NCBI GenBank assembly: GCA_001643675.2
Contig: LSRY02000006.1
Span: 62,001-126,000, forward strand
Direction of reading: 5' to 3'
From: Monocercomonoides exilis PA203
Lineage: Eukaryota > Protista > Preaxostyla
Length of the DNA: 64,000 bases
Shown here: positions 37,901 to 49,373 of the stretch, piece by piece
How positions within the stretch are numbered: position 1 is the first letter of the stretch
How the letters are laid out: each line of letters starts with the position of its first letter
Notes under the pieces: generated by a model
What the model saw: the letters and a program-made list of their open reading frames with translations, nothing else
Databases searched by the model: none
What the model was told of the DNA's origin: nothing
Made by a program: the position numbers and the translations under genes

Positions 37901-40900
37901 GAAAGAGAGGCAGAAGAGGCAGAAGAGGCAGAAGAAGCAGAAGACAGTGTTGCGACAGAGACAGAAAAAGAGGAAGAAAAGCAGAGTGCGAAGGGAAATG
38001 ATGAAGCAAAGAAGGAAGAGGCAGCAGAAGGAAAAGGAGAAAAGAGCAGAAAGGAAGTGAAAGAGGAAGAAGAGGAAGAGGAAGACGATGGAGACAGCGA
38101 AAAAGAGTGGAGGCCGACACCTCCGCGGAGGAGGAAAAGGGCAGACGGCAGAGCAGGGAGGCGGGCAGCACGGCCAGAAGCGAGATGGCAAGGGAAAGGT
38201 GCAAAGGAAGAAGGGAAGGGAAGGGATGGAAGAGATGGAAGGGAGGGCGGGCAAAGCGAGGAGGGAAATGCTGAGAAAACAGAAAGAACAGGGAATCTGA
38301 AAGGAGAGGGGGGAAAGGGCGAAAGTGCTGGGAAGAAGGAGCATTGGGGTTTGGATGGGAGAAGCAGCGATGCACGTGAAGGATCTTTGGTCAGAGGGCA
38401 ACAGACGAAAAGAGTCATTCTGATTGCAAAAGACGAAGATGGTGATTCTGAGAAAGAAGATGAAGGAAAAGAGACAGCAGAAGCAAAACCAGAGAAGGAA
38501 GCAGCTGTAGAAGCAGCTGTGGAAGCAGCTGTGGCAACAAAAGGAGCTTCGAATGGGAAGAAAAAAGCGCGGCGTCGGAGACGAGAATATGAGACGTTGT
38601 TTGAGGAAGGGGTGGGGGGGATGGGTGAAGAAGCACAGAAACAGCTCTTGGCGGATGTTCTGCATGCGCAGCAGCCATCCAACGGAGAGGCAGAAATGAA
38701 AGATGGATTGCCACTGCTGGCATTGCCAAAAGTGTCGGAATCGGAGTCAGTTTCAGAATCTGCAGCAGATGGGCAGACGAAAGAAGGTGGGGCAAATGCT
38801 GTGGAGGAGCATTGGATGGAAAAAGAGGATGAAAACATGCGATGCTCAGAAGACAGTCAAGGCAGCACAGACAAAGTGGAAGGGGCAGATGAGCACAGAA
38901 GCAGCAATAGAAGCAGCAGAAGAGACAGGGAGGATGGAACAGAAGAGAAAGCAGAGGAAAGCAGAGGAAGAGATGATACGCCATCAGATTCTTGCCTACA
39001 AGCCCAGCTTCATTCAGACACTTCACGTGATGCGATTGGCAGAGCAGCTGAAGATGAGTTGTCTGCTCCGCTGCTGGCAGAGAGTGTGTTTGAGAGTGTT
39101 GCCACCCACAACTCGCGAAGTTGCAAGGACGAAGGCGAAGACAGCCAGAAAACAGGATTTGAGGGTGGAAGCAGCGCTTTTGTGGTTGAGAAGCACAAGA
39201 AACCGATGAAAAAGGAGCTTCTGCTGCTTCTCTCCTCGTTTCCTGTTGAAAGTCCAATTTCATCGCCGCCTCCACTTCCGTTGTCTTTTTCGCCCTTTTC
39301 GCCAGCAACCAAAGATCGGAGCTTGGGTGTGTGGGAGGATGAGGCAGCTGCAGAAGAGAGCAAAAGGATTGCAGTCGATGGCGCAGAACAGGCACAGCCA
39401 GCAAAAGTGGCCAGACATTCAGCGTCTTTTCAGGTGTCTTCGAAGGCAGCTTCGAGAAAGAAGAGATCGCGTGTTTTGGATTGGTCTGCGCCGAGCCGCT
39501 CGAAAAGGCTGCGAAGGAGGAGGAAGCGAAAGGCAGCGGGAAGCATTCAGAAAGAGCTGAATGGAGAGGATGAAGAGGATGAAGAGAACGAAGAGAACGA
39601 AGAGGATGGAAGAGCAGAAGCAGAACAGCCAGAAGAGGAAGAAGAGGAAGAAGGAAAGGAAGATAAAAAAGAGGGAAATGAAAGAGAGAATGAGGGAGAG
39701 GAGGAAGAGAAAAGCAATCTGGATGCTGTTTGGCAAAAAGAGGAGGATGCAAAAGAAAAAGAAAAAGAGAAAATGGAAGAAGAAGAAGAAGAAGAAGAAG
39801 CAAGAGAAGAAGACGAATTGGAAGATCCTTTTTCGAACAGCGACTCGTCTTTTCTGAACTCTCCGATTCAGACACCAACCGAGGAGCATTTTGGTGAAGG
39901 CTTGTCTTTGCAGTCATCGTCATCCCGTTCGATTGCTGCAGCAGTTGAGCACAGCAGACAGCTCAGAAAGGGGTGCTCTTCTTTGGGCGGATTGGCAGGC
40001 AACTTCGACAGCAAAAGCGATGTGCATTCAGACGAGACAAGGTTTGGCAAGGAAGACGAGGAGAGCAGCATTGCAGGGGATGAGGATGGCAGGCAGAGCA
40101 CACAAGCACATTGCTCTTCTTCTTCTTCTTCTTCTTCTTTTTCAAACAATGATGATGATGATGATGCTTCAGAAGAGAAAAAGAAGAAAGAGAAGAAGAA
40201 GAGAGCGATTGAAGCAAAAGCGGAAGCAGAAGCAGTTGGGGATGAGATTTTGTTGAATCTCCGTCTGAATGAAGAGAGCGACAGCGACAGCGACAGCGAC
40301 AGCGATATCGACATGAGCAGCAGCAGCAACAACAGCGAAGGTGAAGATGAGGCAGATTCAGATGAGCCGCTTGAGCGTGTGGTGGCACGGCTGGGCATCC
40401 GCGTGCCTCCTCGTCCGTTTTCGGGTGCAGCTGAGCGGCGGCGCTTGGCGCAGCAGCCGAAAGCAGAGCGTCTGCCCGGGCGTTCGCCAGCCCGTTCTTT
40501 TGTGGAGTCGCCGCCGCATCCGACAAAAGCGCTGGCGACGCCGCAGAGTCAGCGCAGCCACGGGGCGAGCGAGGCGACTGCTGCCTCCTCGCCGGTGACG
40601 AAGCAAGGCGTGGGGAGTGCGCTGCCCGTGGCACAGCCGATGTCTCAGCTGCACACGCTGCCCACCACCGCCACAGCTGCGCTGTTTGATCCTCACCCGC
40701 TCGATCTGGTTCCGCTGCCAGATGCGCAGGCAAAGCGGAGTCTTTCGTCCTCGCCGCCTGTCCGCCTTCCGCGTGCTGTGGCGCCAGGTGTGCTTTCTGG
40801 CGAGGCAGGCTTTGTGGCTGCTTCGGTGCGGGAGGGCGAGGCAGGGGCAGGGAATGGTGCTGGTGCAGGAACAGGTGCAGGGGCAAAGGCGTCTTCTCTG

Positions 40901-42223
40901 CTGCCAGGGATTCAGATGATTCCGCTGGCAGACAGCAGCCGGGCAGGCCAGGCGCTTCCTCTCTCGCCGTTTGCGCTGTTCGACCGGCTGAAGTTTTCGG
41001 AGGCTGCTTTGCGCCGGCCGCCAGCCGATTCGTCGGGGAAGCCGAAGGAAGCAGCCGATGGCGAGCAAGCTGAAAAGGGGAGTGTGGAAGGTGCAGAGCG
41101 ACAGGACGATTTGGAGCAGGGCCAGCCAGGCGATGCAACCAGCCAGCTGAAGCGAGAGACAGAATCGCTTTTGGATAGCATCACTACAAAGCAGACAAAA
41201 CTTTCTGCTTCGCCGAGCGCACATGCTGCAACGCCAGATGTGCACAGACATTCCCCGTCTCCTGTGCTTTTGCCTTCGCCTTCACATTCACCTTCACGTT
41301 CTCCTTCACATTCACCGACGCCAATGCACTTATCATCAACATCCTCAGCCTCATCCCCATCTGCAATACACCGCCCCTCTCCGCTGTACATTGTTCCAGC
41401 TGTGTCGCCAGCAGCGTCTGAGGCCGGGTCGTTTGCAATGTTTCGGCCAATTCGGCAGCCGGCAGCAGCACAGCGGAAGCGGGGGAGGCGGAAAGGGAGC
41501 ATGCGGAGGAGCGTGGAGAGGAAGGTGCTGAGGCCGAAGGGGAAGCGAAAGGGGAAGAAGGCAGGCAAGGCAAAAGGGATGAACCCGGCAGTGCCAAGTG
41601 TGTGTGCAGAAGACGAGTATCTGATCTCGCAGCACATCATCTCGCACTCGTTCCCGCCGTTTGCGAGCCACCTGCAGCTCAGCCCAGGCACAGGCCATCT
41701 GGCGCCTTCGGCAGCTGCGTCTCCTGCCTCCTCCTCCTCCTCCTCCTCTTCTTCTTCGTCGTCGTCGTCGAGTGCTGCATCTGCCTCGGCAGCGGCGGTG
41801 ACTGTGACTGCTGCTGTGTCTGCTGCTGCCTCTGTCTCTGCGTCTGCGTCTGCCTCTGCCTCAGAAGCAGAATGTGCTCCTTCTCACTCTCCTGTCAACA
41901 CAGCATCCCATCCAACATCCCATTCAGCAGCAGATAGCCAGCACTTGCCTGAGCTGTCGGCGCTGATGGCGATTTCGCCGTCTTCGGTTGCGCTGCCTGG
42001 AACAGCACTGTCTCTGTCGCGGGGGCTGCCTCTCGGGCGCTCGTCGTCGTCGTTCGCAAAGTTCCTCTCGTTCCCGTCGCCTGGCAGCAAGTCAGTCAAC
42101 CTCTTTGAAAAGCCTGTCCACAAACCTCTTTTCTTCCCGCCTCCTTCCTCTTCTCCTTCCAACACTTCTTCCTTTTCATCATCTTCTTCTTCCTCTTCCT
42201 CGTCAACAGCTGACCCAACATGA
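34936..42223 (+). CDS. Very large low-complexity, probably disordered protein (>2250 aa; His/Gln, Glu/Lys and Ser/Ala/Pro tracts)
   Basis: 2256-codon GC-rich ORF 35453-42223. Frame-compatible upstream exons via introns 35116-35247 and 35309-35459 give ...LAAEQQ|GLVGVREKLGGAYKMLQLVKP|QFMML. The true start is uncertain and more upstream exons are possible. Confidence 0.7.
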
Positions 42224-42664
42224 ATCTGAGCAAAAAGCACCCATCACTCAAATGAGGCAATGGGCAGAGAAATGCATGCTGCTCTTATTTGATGTGGTCT
42301 GCATCAAAACATCCTTTTGTGGCCTTTCCGTTTGCCTTTCCGTTTTTATGCTATTTTTGTGTGTGTTTGTGTTTGTGTTCTGTTTTTTGTGTGATATTTC
42401 TTTCTTCGGAAACCGTTTTTCTTTTCTTTTTTTCTTTTTGTTTTTTGCAATTCTGTTTGGAAAAAATAAAACAAAACAAAACAAAAAGTTATGCTTGAGA
42501 TGATGGGTTGTGCATCAGTATCTGGTTGGCAGGCTCTCTTCAACAGCACTCGAAATGGAAAAGGCAAAAAGGCAAAAAAGGCAGCACACAGAAAGTGCCG
42601 CATTTCTCGTGCAGCACAGCTCAGCAGCAGTCAATTGGGTGTTTGAGGCGCATGGCAGCCTCGT

Positions 42665-45600
42665 TCAACCAGAAGACAGAACGGCCTGGATCATCTTTTC
42701 AGAGAAGCCCACATCCCGCAGCTCGAGCACCTGAAAAGGAGCAGAAAGAAAGAAAGAGAAAGAAAGAAAGAAAAGGAGAAAGAAAGAATGAATAAAACCA
42801 TTTATTTGCCAAACATCAAAATGAAAAAGATAAGCAAAAGAGAGAGACGAAGAGAAACACACATCGTTGAACAGAGTGCCTTCTCTGTGGCTGAGGATGG
42901 CTGTTGCTCTTTTGTCTCCCACCCCCTTCAGATGCTTGATCTCCTCCTTCTGCCCAAAGTTCAGGATTCTCAGAATGCGCTCTTCCGCTTCCTTCTGCGG
43001 ACACTCCTCACCTGCACCCCCGCTGTTCCTCCCCAACACCCATCCCATCCCACTCCCCCTTCTCTTCCTCCTCCTCCTCTCCCCTGCACCTGCTCCTCCA
43101 CACTCTCCACCTTCTCCACTCTCTCCACTCTCTTCCTCCTCTTCTTCCTCTTTCTCGTCGTCCGAGTCGTCAAAGCGGATTTTGAGTGTCTCTTTCCCTT
43201 TTGCTGCAGCTCCCGTGCTGCTGTTCTGCGCAGCGCTGTCTTCTGCTCTGTTCTCCCGCTCTTCGTCTCTTTCAGCCCCTGCTGTGAATGCCGAGTGCAG
43301 CGAACGAGATTTGAAGGCTGACAGAGACGGATGATGCGATGTGTGCACAAATGGCATTGATGTCGACGATGATGAAGAAGATGTTGAAGTGTCAGTCACA
43401 GAAAAGGAAGGTGTCTGAAGTGTGTCTGCAGTCGAAGTGGGTGTCTGTGTCTGTGTCTGTGTCTGTGTCTGTGTCTGTGTCTGAAGTGGAGCCAGCGGCA
43501 GGCCAACCTTCGCATCTGGCAAAAGAGGCGTGGCTACTGCTGCATAGCCAGTCGAAAGAGGTGAAGAGAATGCCAAAGCCGATCGCCTGGCTGACGAATG
43601 CCTCAGAGAATGCAGATTGATGCTGCGGAGTGAAGTGGCAGATGATGTTGTTGTTGATGATGATGACAATGGTGATGGTGATGGTGAAAGTGATGGTGAA
43701 GGAGAAGGTGAAAGTGATGGTGAAAGTGAAGATGGGAGAAACGGATGCAGTTGAGAGGGAGACGGGCTTTGTGTGTCTGAGCAGAGCGAGATGGAAGGAG
43801 AGGGTGTGCCAGCCAACGGCAGCTGGGGAAGATGGAACGAGTCTGCCGATGGCGTAGACACCGCCGAAAGGGCTGGCAGGCGCAGCGACGTCGGCGAAAT
43901 GGTCGGGTCAAAAACTGCACTCTGATTGGCGCTGTTCTGCTCGCCGGCTGTTTGCAGCGCATTTGGCGTCTGGTTGGGCAGTGCGGCGTCTGTGCAGAAG
44001 TGGGGGATGTCTGGCGAGTGTGCCGACGAAAGCATCACAGATGGAAGCAGAGAAGCCACAATCTGCGAGACTGCCTCCACCGACGGATCGCTTTTCTCCT
44101 CTTTTCCCTTTTGCTGCCTGCTGCTTCTTCTGCTGCTGCTCCTCTGCTTTGTCGATCCTCTTTTTGCGGCTGTTCCCCTTCGCCTGATTTTGCGGTGATG
44201 CTCAATCGCTTCCAGCTCCTCCTCGTCGGTCTCTCTGCCTTCTTCGTCTGACTCCAGCTGGAATTCCGATGCTCCGTCTGTTTCGTCTGCCGAAGCCTCC
44301 TCCTCTTCCTCCTCTTCAAACTCGCTCATGTTGTAATCAAACACATTGCTGCTGCCCTCCTCTTCTGTCTTCTTCATTCTCATTCGAATGGCTTTCTCGC
44401 TTTTCTTCCTTTCTCCTCTCTCTTGTTTTGCCTTCTCTTTCTTTTCTTCTTTTTCTTTTTCTTTTTCTTTTTCTTCTTTCCCATCCACATTTTTGTTGCT
44501 TCCTCGTTGTGGCACTGAAGATGTTTCGCTCTTTTTGGAATTTCGTTCTTTTTTTGTGTTGCTGCTTTTCCTCTTCGCTTTCTCTTCTTCTTTCCCTTCC
44601 TCTGTTTTCTCTGCGCTTTTCCTTCTTTTTGAGCTGCCTCTGCTTTCTTTTGTCTTCCCACTTTCCACATCTTCTTCCATTTTCCCTTCATCCTTTTCCT
44701 TATCCTTATCCTTTTCCTTTTCTTCTTCTTCTTCTTCTTCTTTCCTGCGCTTTTCCAGCTCCAGCTGCCTCTTTTTCTCTGTCCTCTCCTTCAGCTTCCT
44801 CACCTTCTCTTTCAGCTCGTCGCTGTCTCGCAGCAGCGCCAGTGCATATGCATACAGCGGAAGCGCCACATCCAGCTCGCCTTCTTTCTCCTTCGCCACG
44901 CCACTCACAATAAACTCCCGCGCCACCCGAAGAGACTGCGTGGGCGTCATCGCTGGAAGCACCGGAAGGGATGGAAGCGCTGGTGCCTGCCCCTTCCCTT
45001 GCACCCTCACTGGCGTGTGGGGCTCCTCTCCCGCCAGAGCGCATGCGCCTTCGCTTGCTGCTGCCTCTTTCGGCGCTGCACAGCCTGTCTGCTTCGCCAC
45101 AGACGCGTCGGGGCGGACGATGTTCACTCGCCTCTGCACCCTTCTGGCGCCTGGCGACTGACTGCTCCTTTGCAGCGGAGACATCACAGATGGAACGCTC
45201 GATTCATCGCCTGCCTTTTTCTGAGGCGGAGACGATCGGACAAGCTTCGATGCATTCGGCCCCGGCTGCTTCGCCTTCGACTGGTCGAGCGTCGACTTCA
45301 GACTCTCAAACTTCTTGGCAAGCATCGCTGTTGTGGGCGATGACGAAGAGCTGCTTCTCTTTCGTGTGGCAGAAGAGTCAGGCGATGGAGAAGAAGGAGA
45401 GGGTGAAGAAGAAGAAGAGAGTCTCGAAAAGACATTGCTGGCTGCTGGGTGTGGAGTGCCCGCTGCTCTGGGGCTTCTGTCTGCCCCGCTCTTTTGCTGT
45501 GTGGCTGTCGGCTGTTTGGCTGCTGCTTCCTTCGGCTTTGTGTTGCATCTTTCTGCTCCTCCTTCTTTTGCCTGCGCAAACAGCGTGTTTTGTGTGGTGG

Positions 45601-47295
45601 TCAAAAGCTTCTGTGTGAATTCAGTCATCGTCTTCTGAATCACCTCCACAAGCTGAGCTTCGAAGTCAGATTTTGAATGACTCACTGAAGATGAAGTGGA
45701 TGAAGAGGAAGAAGAGGAAGATTGATCGTCTGCCAATTTTTGTTGTTTCCCCTGCATTCATAAGTCAGGTGTTGTTGTTGAGCGTTGGAATTCAAGAGAA
45801 CAATCATTATTTTTTATTAAAAAAAAAATAGATAAATAGCAAAAACGCTTTCACTCAAAAAAAGGCAACACCTTTCTTTGGAGGCCAGAATGCTCCTGAA
45901 ACGGCGTGGCTCGCTTCACATGCGTCATGATTTGCTTCTGCTGTGCCAGATATTGCTGCAACTCCTCCACACTCGGCCGAGGCGCGGCTGCTCCGGCAGG
46001 CTGGTAGAGCCAGAAGGCAACTGTGAAAATGTGCGATTGCAATAAAAATGATACAAAAATTGTTATATGTTTATTAATATAAAGCACAAGCAGACTAAAT
46101 CATCCTTTCATACGTTCTTCTTCATTAACAACTGGCTTAGTAACCAACTTGCTGGACTTTGTAGCAAACTCCAGTGTGCGCAGAGTTTCTGTGTAATACT
46201 TCATTCCAGGCGGCACATTTGCAAATAGCACAGATCTGCAGTTTCCTGTTAAAGAGTCTTGAAGAAGTCTTGTTAATTTGCTTTCTCTGAAAGGAGGGCG
46301 CCCTTGATCGCTGTTCAAACATGCTATCACTTTCCCTAAGACATGAAGGGATTTATTTATATTGCAGCTTTCTTCGAGGCGTTCACCTGTATTTCCGGTC
46401 TGTTTTTATCAAATTATTAACCAAAGATGAAGTTCCAAAAAAAGTTCAATATTAAAAATCAAGTAAACCAACTTTCAAAAAAATAAAACATTACATACTC
46501 TACGATTATCTTCACTTCCTGCTAAATCTATTAAATGCATTTTACTTGTTAAAAGGCGCTTTCCTTCCGTTTTTCTCACTCTAATAATAACGTCAGCGTG
46601 AGAGCGTGAAGACGATACATTAACCTTTGTCTCTGCTGTTGTTCTGTTTGTACATCCTATTCTGTAATAAGTTTCAAAATCTTTGTCAGTGCGAATTTGA
46701 TTCCATGTTAAGCCAGGAATTGCAATTTTTTTATTAGCATCTTCTTGAAGCGGGAGGTTTTTGTTTTTTGGATTAAATAAGTCTCTAATCATTTCATTAT
46801 AAATTTCAAGATATGCCATTGATATTTCAACCGAGCCAGAAGAAAGTCCTTGCTCTTGGGCCATCAGGAAAAGATCAGAAGCAATTCTTGGAATAATGCC
46901 TTTGTTGAAAAAATAAAGCATATAATTGAAGTAAATAATTTCATAATACCTGGACTTGTTTCACATCCTTGCATTGTGAATGTTTTCCCTGCACCAGTCA
47001 TCCCATATGCAAAAATTGTTGTATTTATTCCTTCAAAACTTGCTTTCAACAAACTTGAAATTTGTTGAGAATATATCATTTCTTGAGATGCTGCTTCATC
47101 ATAGCATGCATCAAAATTAAAACGAGTAGCTTGCATTGTTGCTTTATCAAAAAGTTCAATTGTTTCTGATGGTCCCGACGAATTAACAGGCAAAAGCAGA
47201 CGAACACAGCAAGAATCCCTTTCCACCTCCATGAACGGTCGTATGCGTACAATTACTTTGACTTGAGATCCACTAGTTCTTGTTGTGCAGCTCAT
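42665..47295 (-). CDS. KIF22: Kinesin-10 (KIF22/Kid-like chromokinesin) with C-terminal helix-hairpin-helix DNA-binding domain, ~1378 aa, 6 exons
   Basis: Exons 47295-46950, 46899-46499, 46399-46114, 46020-45872, 45751-42863 and 42730-42665 are all frame-compatible. P-loop GMTGAGKT, YLEIYNE, SSRSH, KIF22-type LIDLAGSEDNRRTGN, PFRESKLTRLLQDSL; HhH ILRILNFG..EEIKHLKGVGDKRATAI. Confidence 0.9.
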
Positions 47296-47412
47296 TTAAA
47301 TAAAGTTCAAAATTTTTATAATAAATAATGGTTTTTTTCTTTCAGAAAAGTTAATATTATTCCATGCACAAGGACATTTTTATAAAATAATGATGAATAA
47401 TAATCAGTTTTT

Positions 47413-48866
47413 GGCAAGACCGCATTATATGGGAATGGCCTTTTTTCTGTGAAAATAATATATGAGGAATGTTAATAATATATATCATGTTTTCATGCAT
47501 CAGAGATGTGCGGAAGTTAGCAAAAAAGTCAAAAATAAAAAATAAAAAATTGAGGAAAAAATGTGTGAATGAATTTTTAAAAATAAGAATTTCAAAAAAA
47601 AAATAATTAATCAACTTCCATGGGGCCAAATTCTGATGCACTTGCACCGTCCCCAGCTCCAAGTGAATATGATTCTTCAAATTCAGTCATTTAAAGAATG
47701 TCATTTTCATCTTTGATGTCAGATTCTTGCAATGATTCTGTCGAGTCACTTTCTTCACTTTCAGATTCTTCCAATTCGTTTTCTTTTTCCGTTTAATCGA
47801 AGACGATTCCCTTTATTAATTCATCAAATTGAATTTGCAAATTTCTTCTGACCAGCCACATAGATAAATAATCCCCTAGATACTTTTCTCTGCATCCTGT
47901 TCTTATAAAAAATTTCCGTAAATTCATCCACAGACGTTCGACAGTGTTTGCACATGCATGTGTAATTTTGTTTTTGAATTCTCGCTTGTGACAGACAGTA
48001 TCATGAGCGTAACCATTATCTTTCAATATGGCATAAGCCTTCCATTCATCGCTCATAATCCGAGATCCAGGAAGAATTTTGTTTCGTATTATTGGAACCA
48101 ATGTCTCAGCCTTCCTATTTGGCACAATCATCACAAAGTTCTTCCCCGCACCTCCCTCTGGTTTTCTTTCCATAGCTCCAAATATCCAAATTTGTCTCTT
48201 CTTTTTCCCTCGCCCATACTTATTGAGCCTCCAGACCGCTTCGTCGACCTCCACAATCCTTCCCGGCCCTCCTATGACAGCTTGATTTTTGTTCCTCGTT
48301 GATGTGCATCTGACTCGGATAACACTCTTACAATAATGTATTGTGTTTTCACTTATTCCAAGCAGTTCACAAATGTGTGCGGCTGATATACCAATGTAAT
48401 AATATAAAACAATCATCAAAAACTTTCTCAGCGGTATTTTCGAATTTTCCAATAATGTGTTAAAAAAAACTGACTGTTTTTTGCCACATTTTCCAAATCT
48501 CCAATATTTGTAATATTTGCCTCTGGATGTGAATATCATTTTGCATTAATCATGTCTGCATTCAGGAGCTTCTCCTTCCAGCACATTTTCGAAATACCAT
48601 TTCCAAGCACCCATTTCATCCGAAAATATATCGTTGAGTTCACAAATAGGTGTTTTTGTGAACATTCTTTGTGGCAAAGACATTTGATGAATGTTTGATC
48701 AAACCCATAAATACTAGAAAAAGACATTTTTTCCAAATATAGAAATTATATTTTTGACAAGTTTCCGCATGTTTTTTGGAGATAAAAATTGCATAATAAT
48801 AAATAATAAAACATTATAAACAGAAATAAACTTATTCCAGGCGTTCACATATCATCAGGTCTTGCC
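47413..48866 (-). mobile_element. Merlin (IS1595/ISXO2-like) DNA transposon, decayed, 1454 bp
   Basis: Termini GGCAAGACCGCATTATATGGGAATGG (47413) and, as reverse complement from 48866, GGCAAGACCTGATGATATGTGAACGC. A second shared motif TGCGGAA lies at offsets 96/97. Flanks TCAGTTTTT and TTACTCTTT match 6/9 (possible eroded TSD). Confidence 0.85.
47607..48736 (-). pseudogene. Merlin/ISXO2-like DDE transposase, disrupted (248-aa core ORF 47793-48539)
   Basis: IGGPGRIVEVDE, KYGRG, WIFGAMER, VPNRKAETL.PII...I.PGS.IMSDEWKAY, H.TVCH, NTVERLW. The N-terminus is in another frame (48536-48736), and an acidic tail continues in frame past TAA 47793 and TAA 47691 to 47607. Confidence 0.88.
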
Positions 48867-49373
48867 TTACTCTTTAAAAAGGGATAAATAGTGTTTTCAA
48901 GATATTTGAAGATATGCCATCGAAATTATGAATATGTTTGTGAAGAAAGTTTATGATCACAAAAAAAGTATGAGAAAATGATTTGAAAAAGTCTTTAAGC
49001 AAGTGACAAAGTTAAATTTGAAAGCAAACAACAAAATGTAAACATTCAATTTATTTCGAACAAGATAGAAAAAATGAACACACTTTCCATAATTTTTTTC
49101 ATTTCCATGAAATTCAATATTCAAAAATCAGAATTCATGTGAACGTTTCGTCGGATGCATCAGGGCTGAAAAAAGGAATTTTTGCTTCCTTTTCAATTTC
49201 CTTTTTTTTTTCAAACTTGGTGCAGCATTCGACCATTTTCCATATTCAAAGTTCCTTTTATTGCATATTATTTAAGAAAAATAAAAAATGATTTTCTCTT
49301 CTAACTTTCACTATTAGCTTCAGCTTTGATGCTGATAATTTCTCAGCTCATTCAATTGGAAGTGTTTTTGCGG

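Noticed and set aside
47793-48539. Bacterial IS1595 insertion or contamination
   Set aside because: The IGGPG.IVEVDE and WIFG..ER style, host-like base composition, decay and eukaryotic flanks fit the eukaryotic Merlin superfamily.
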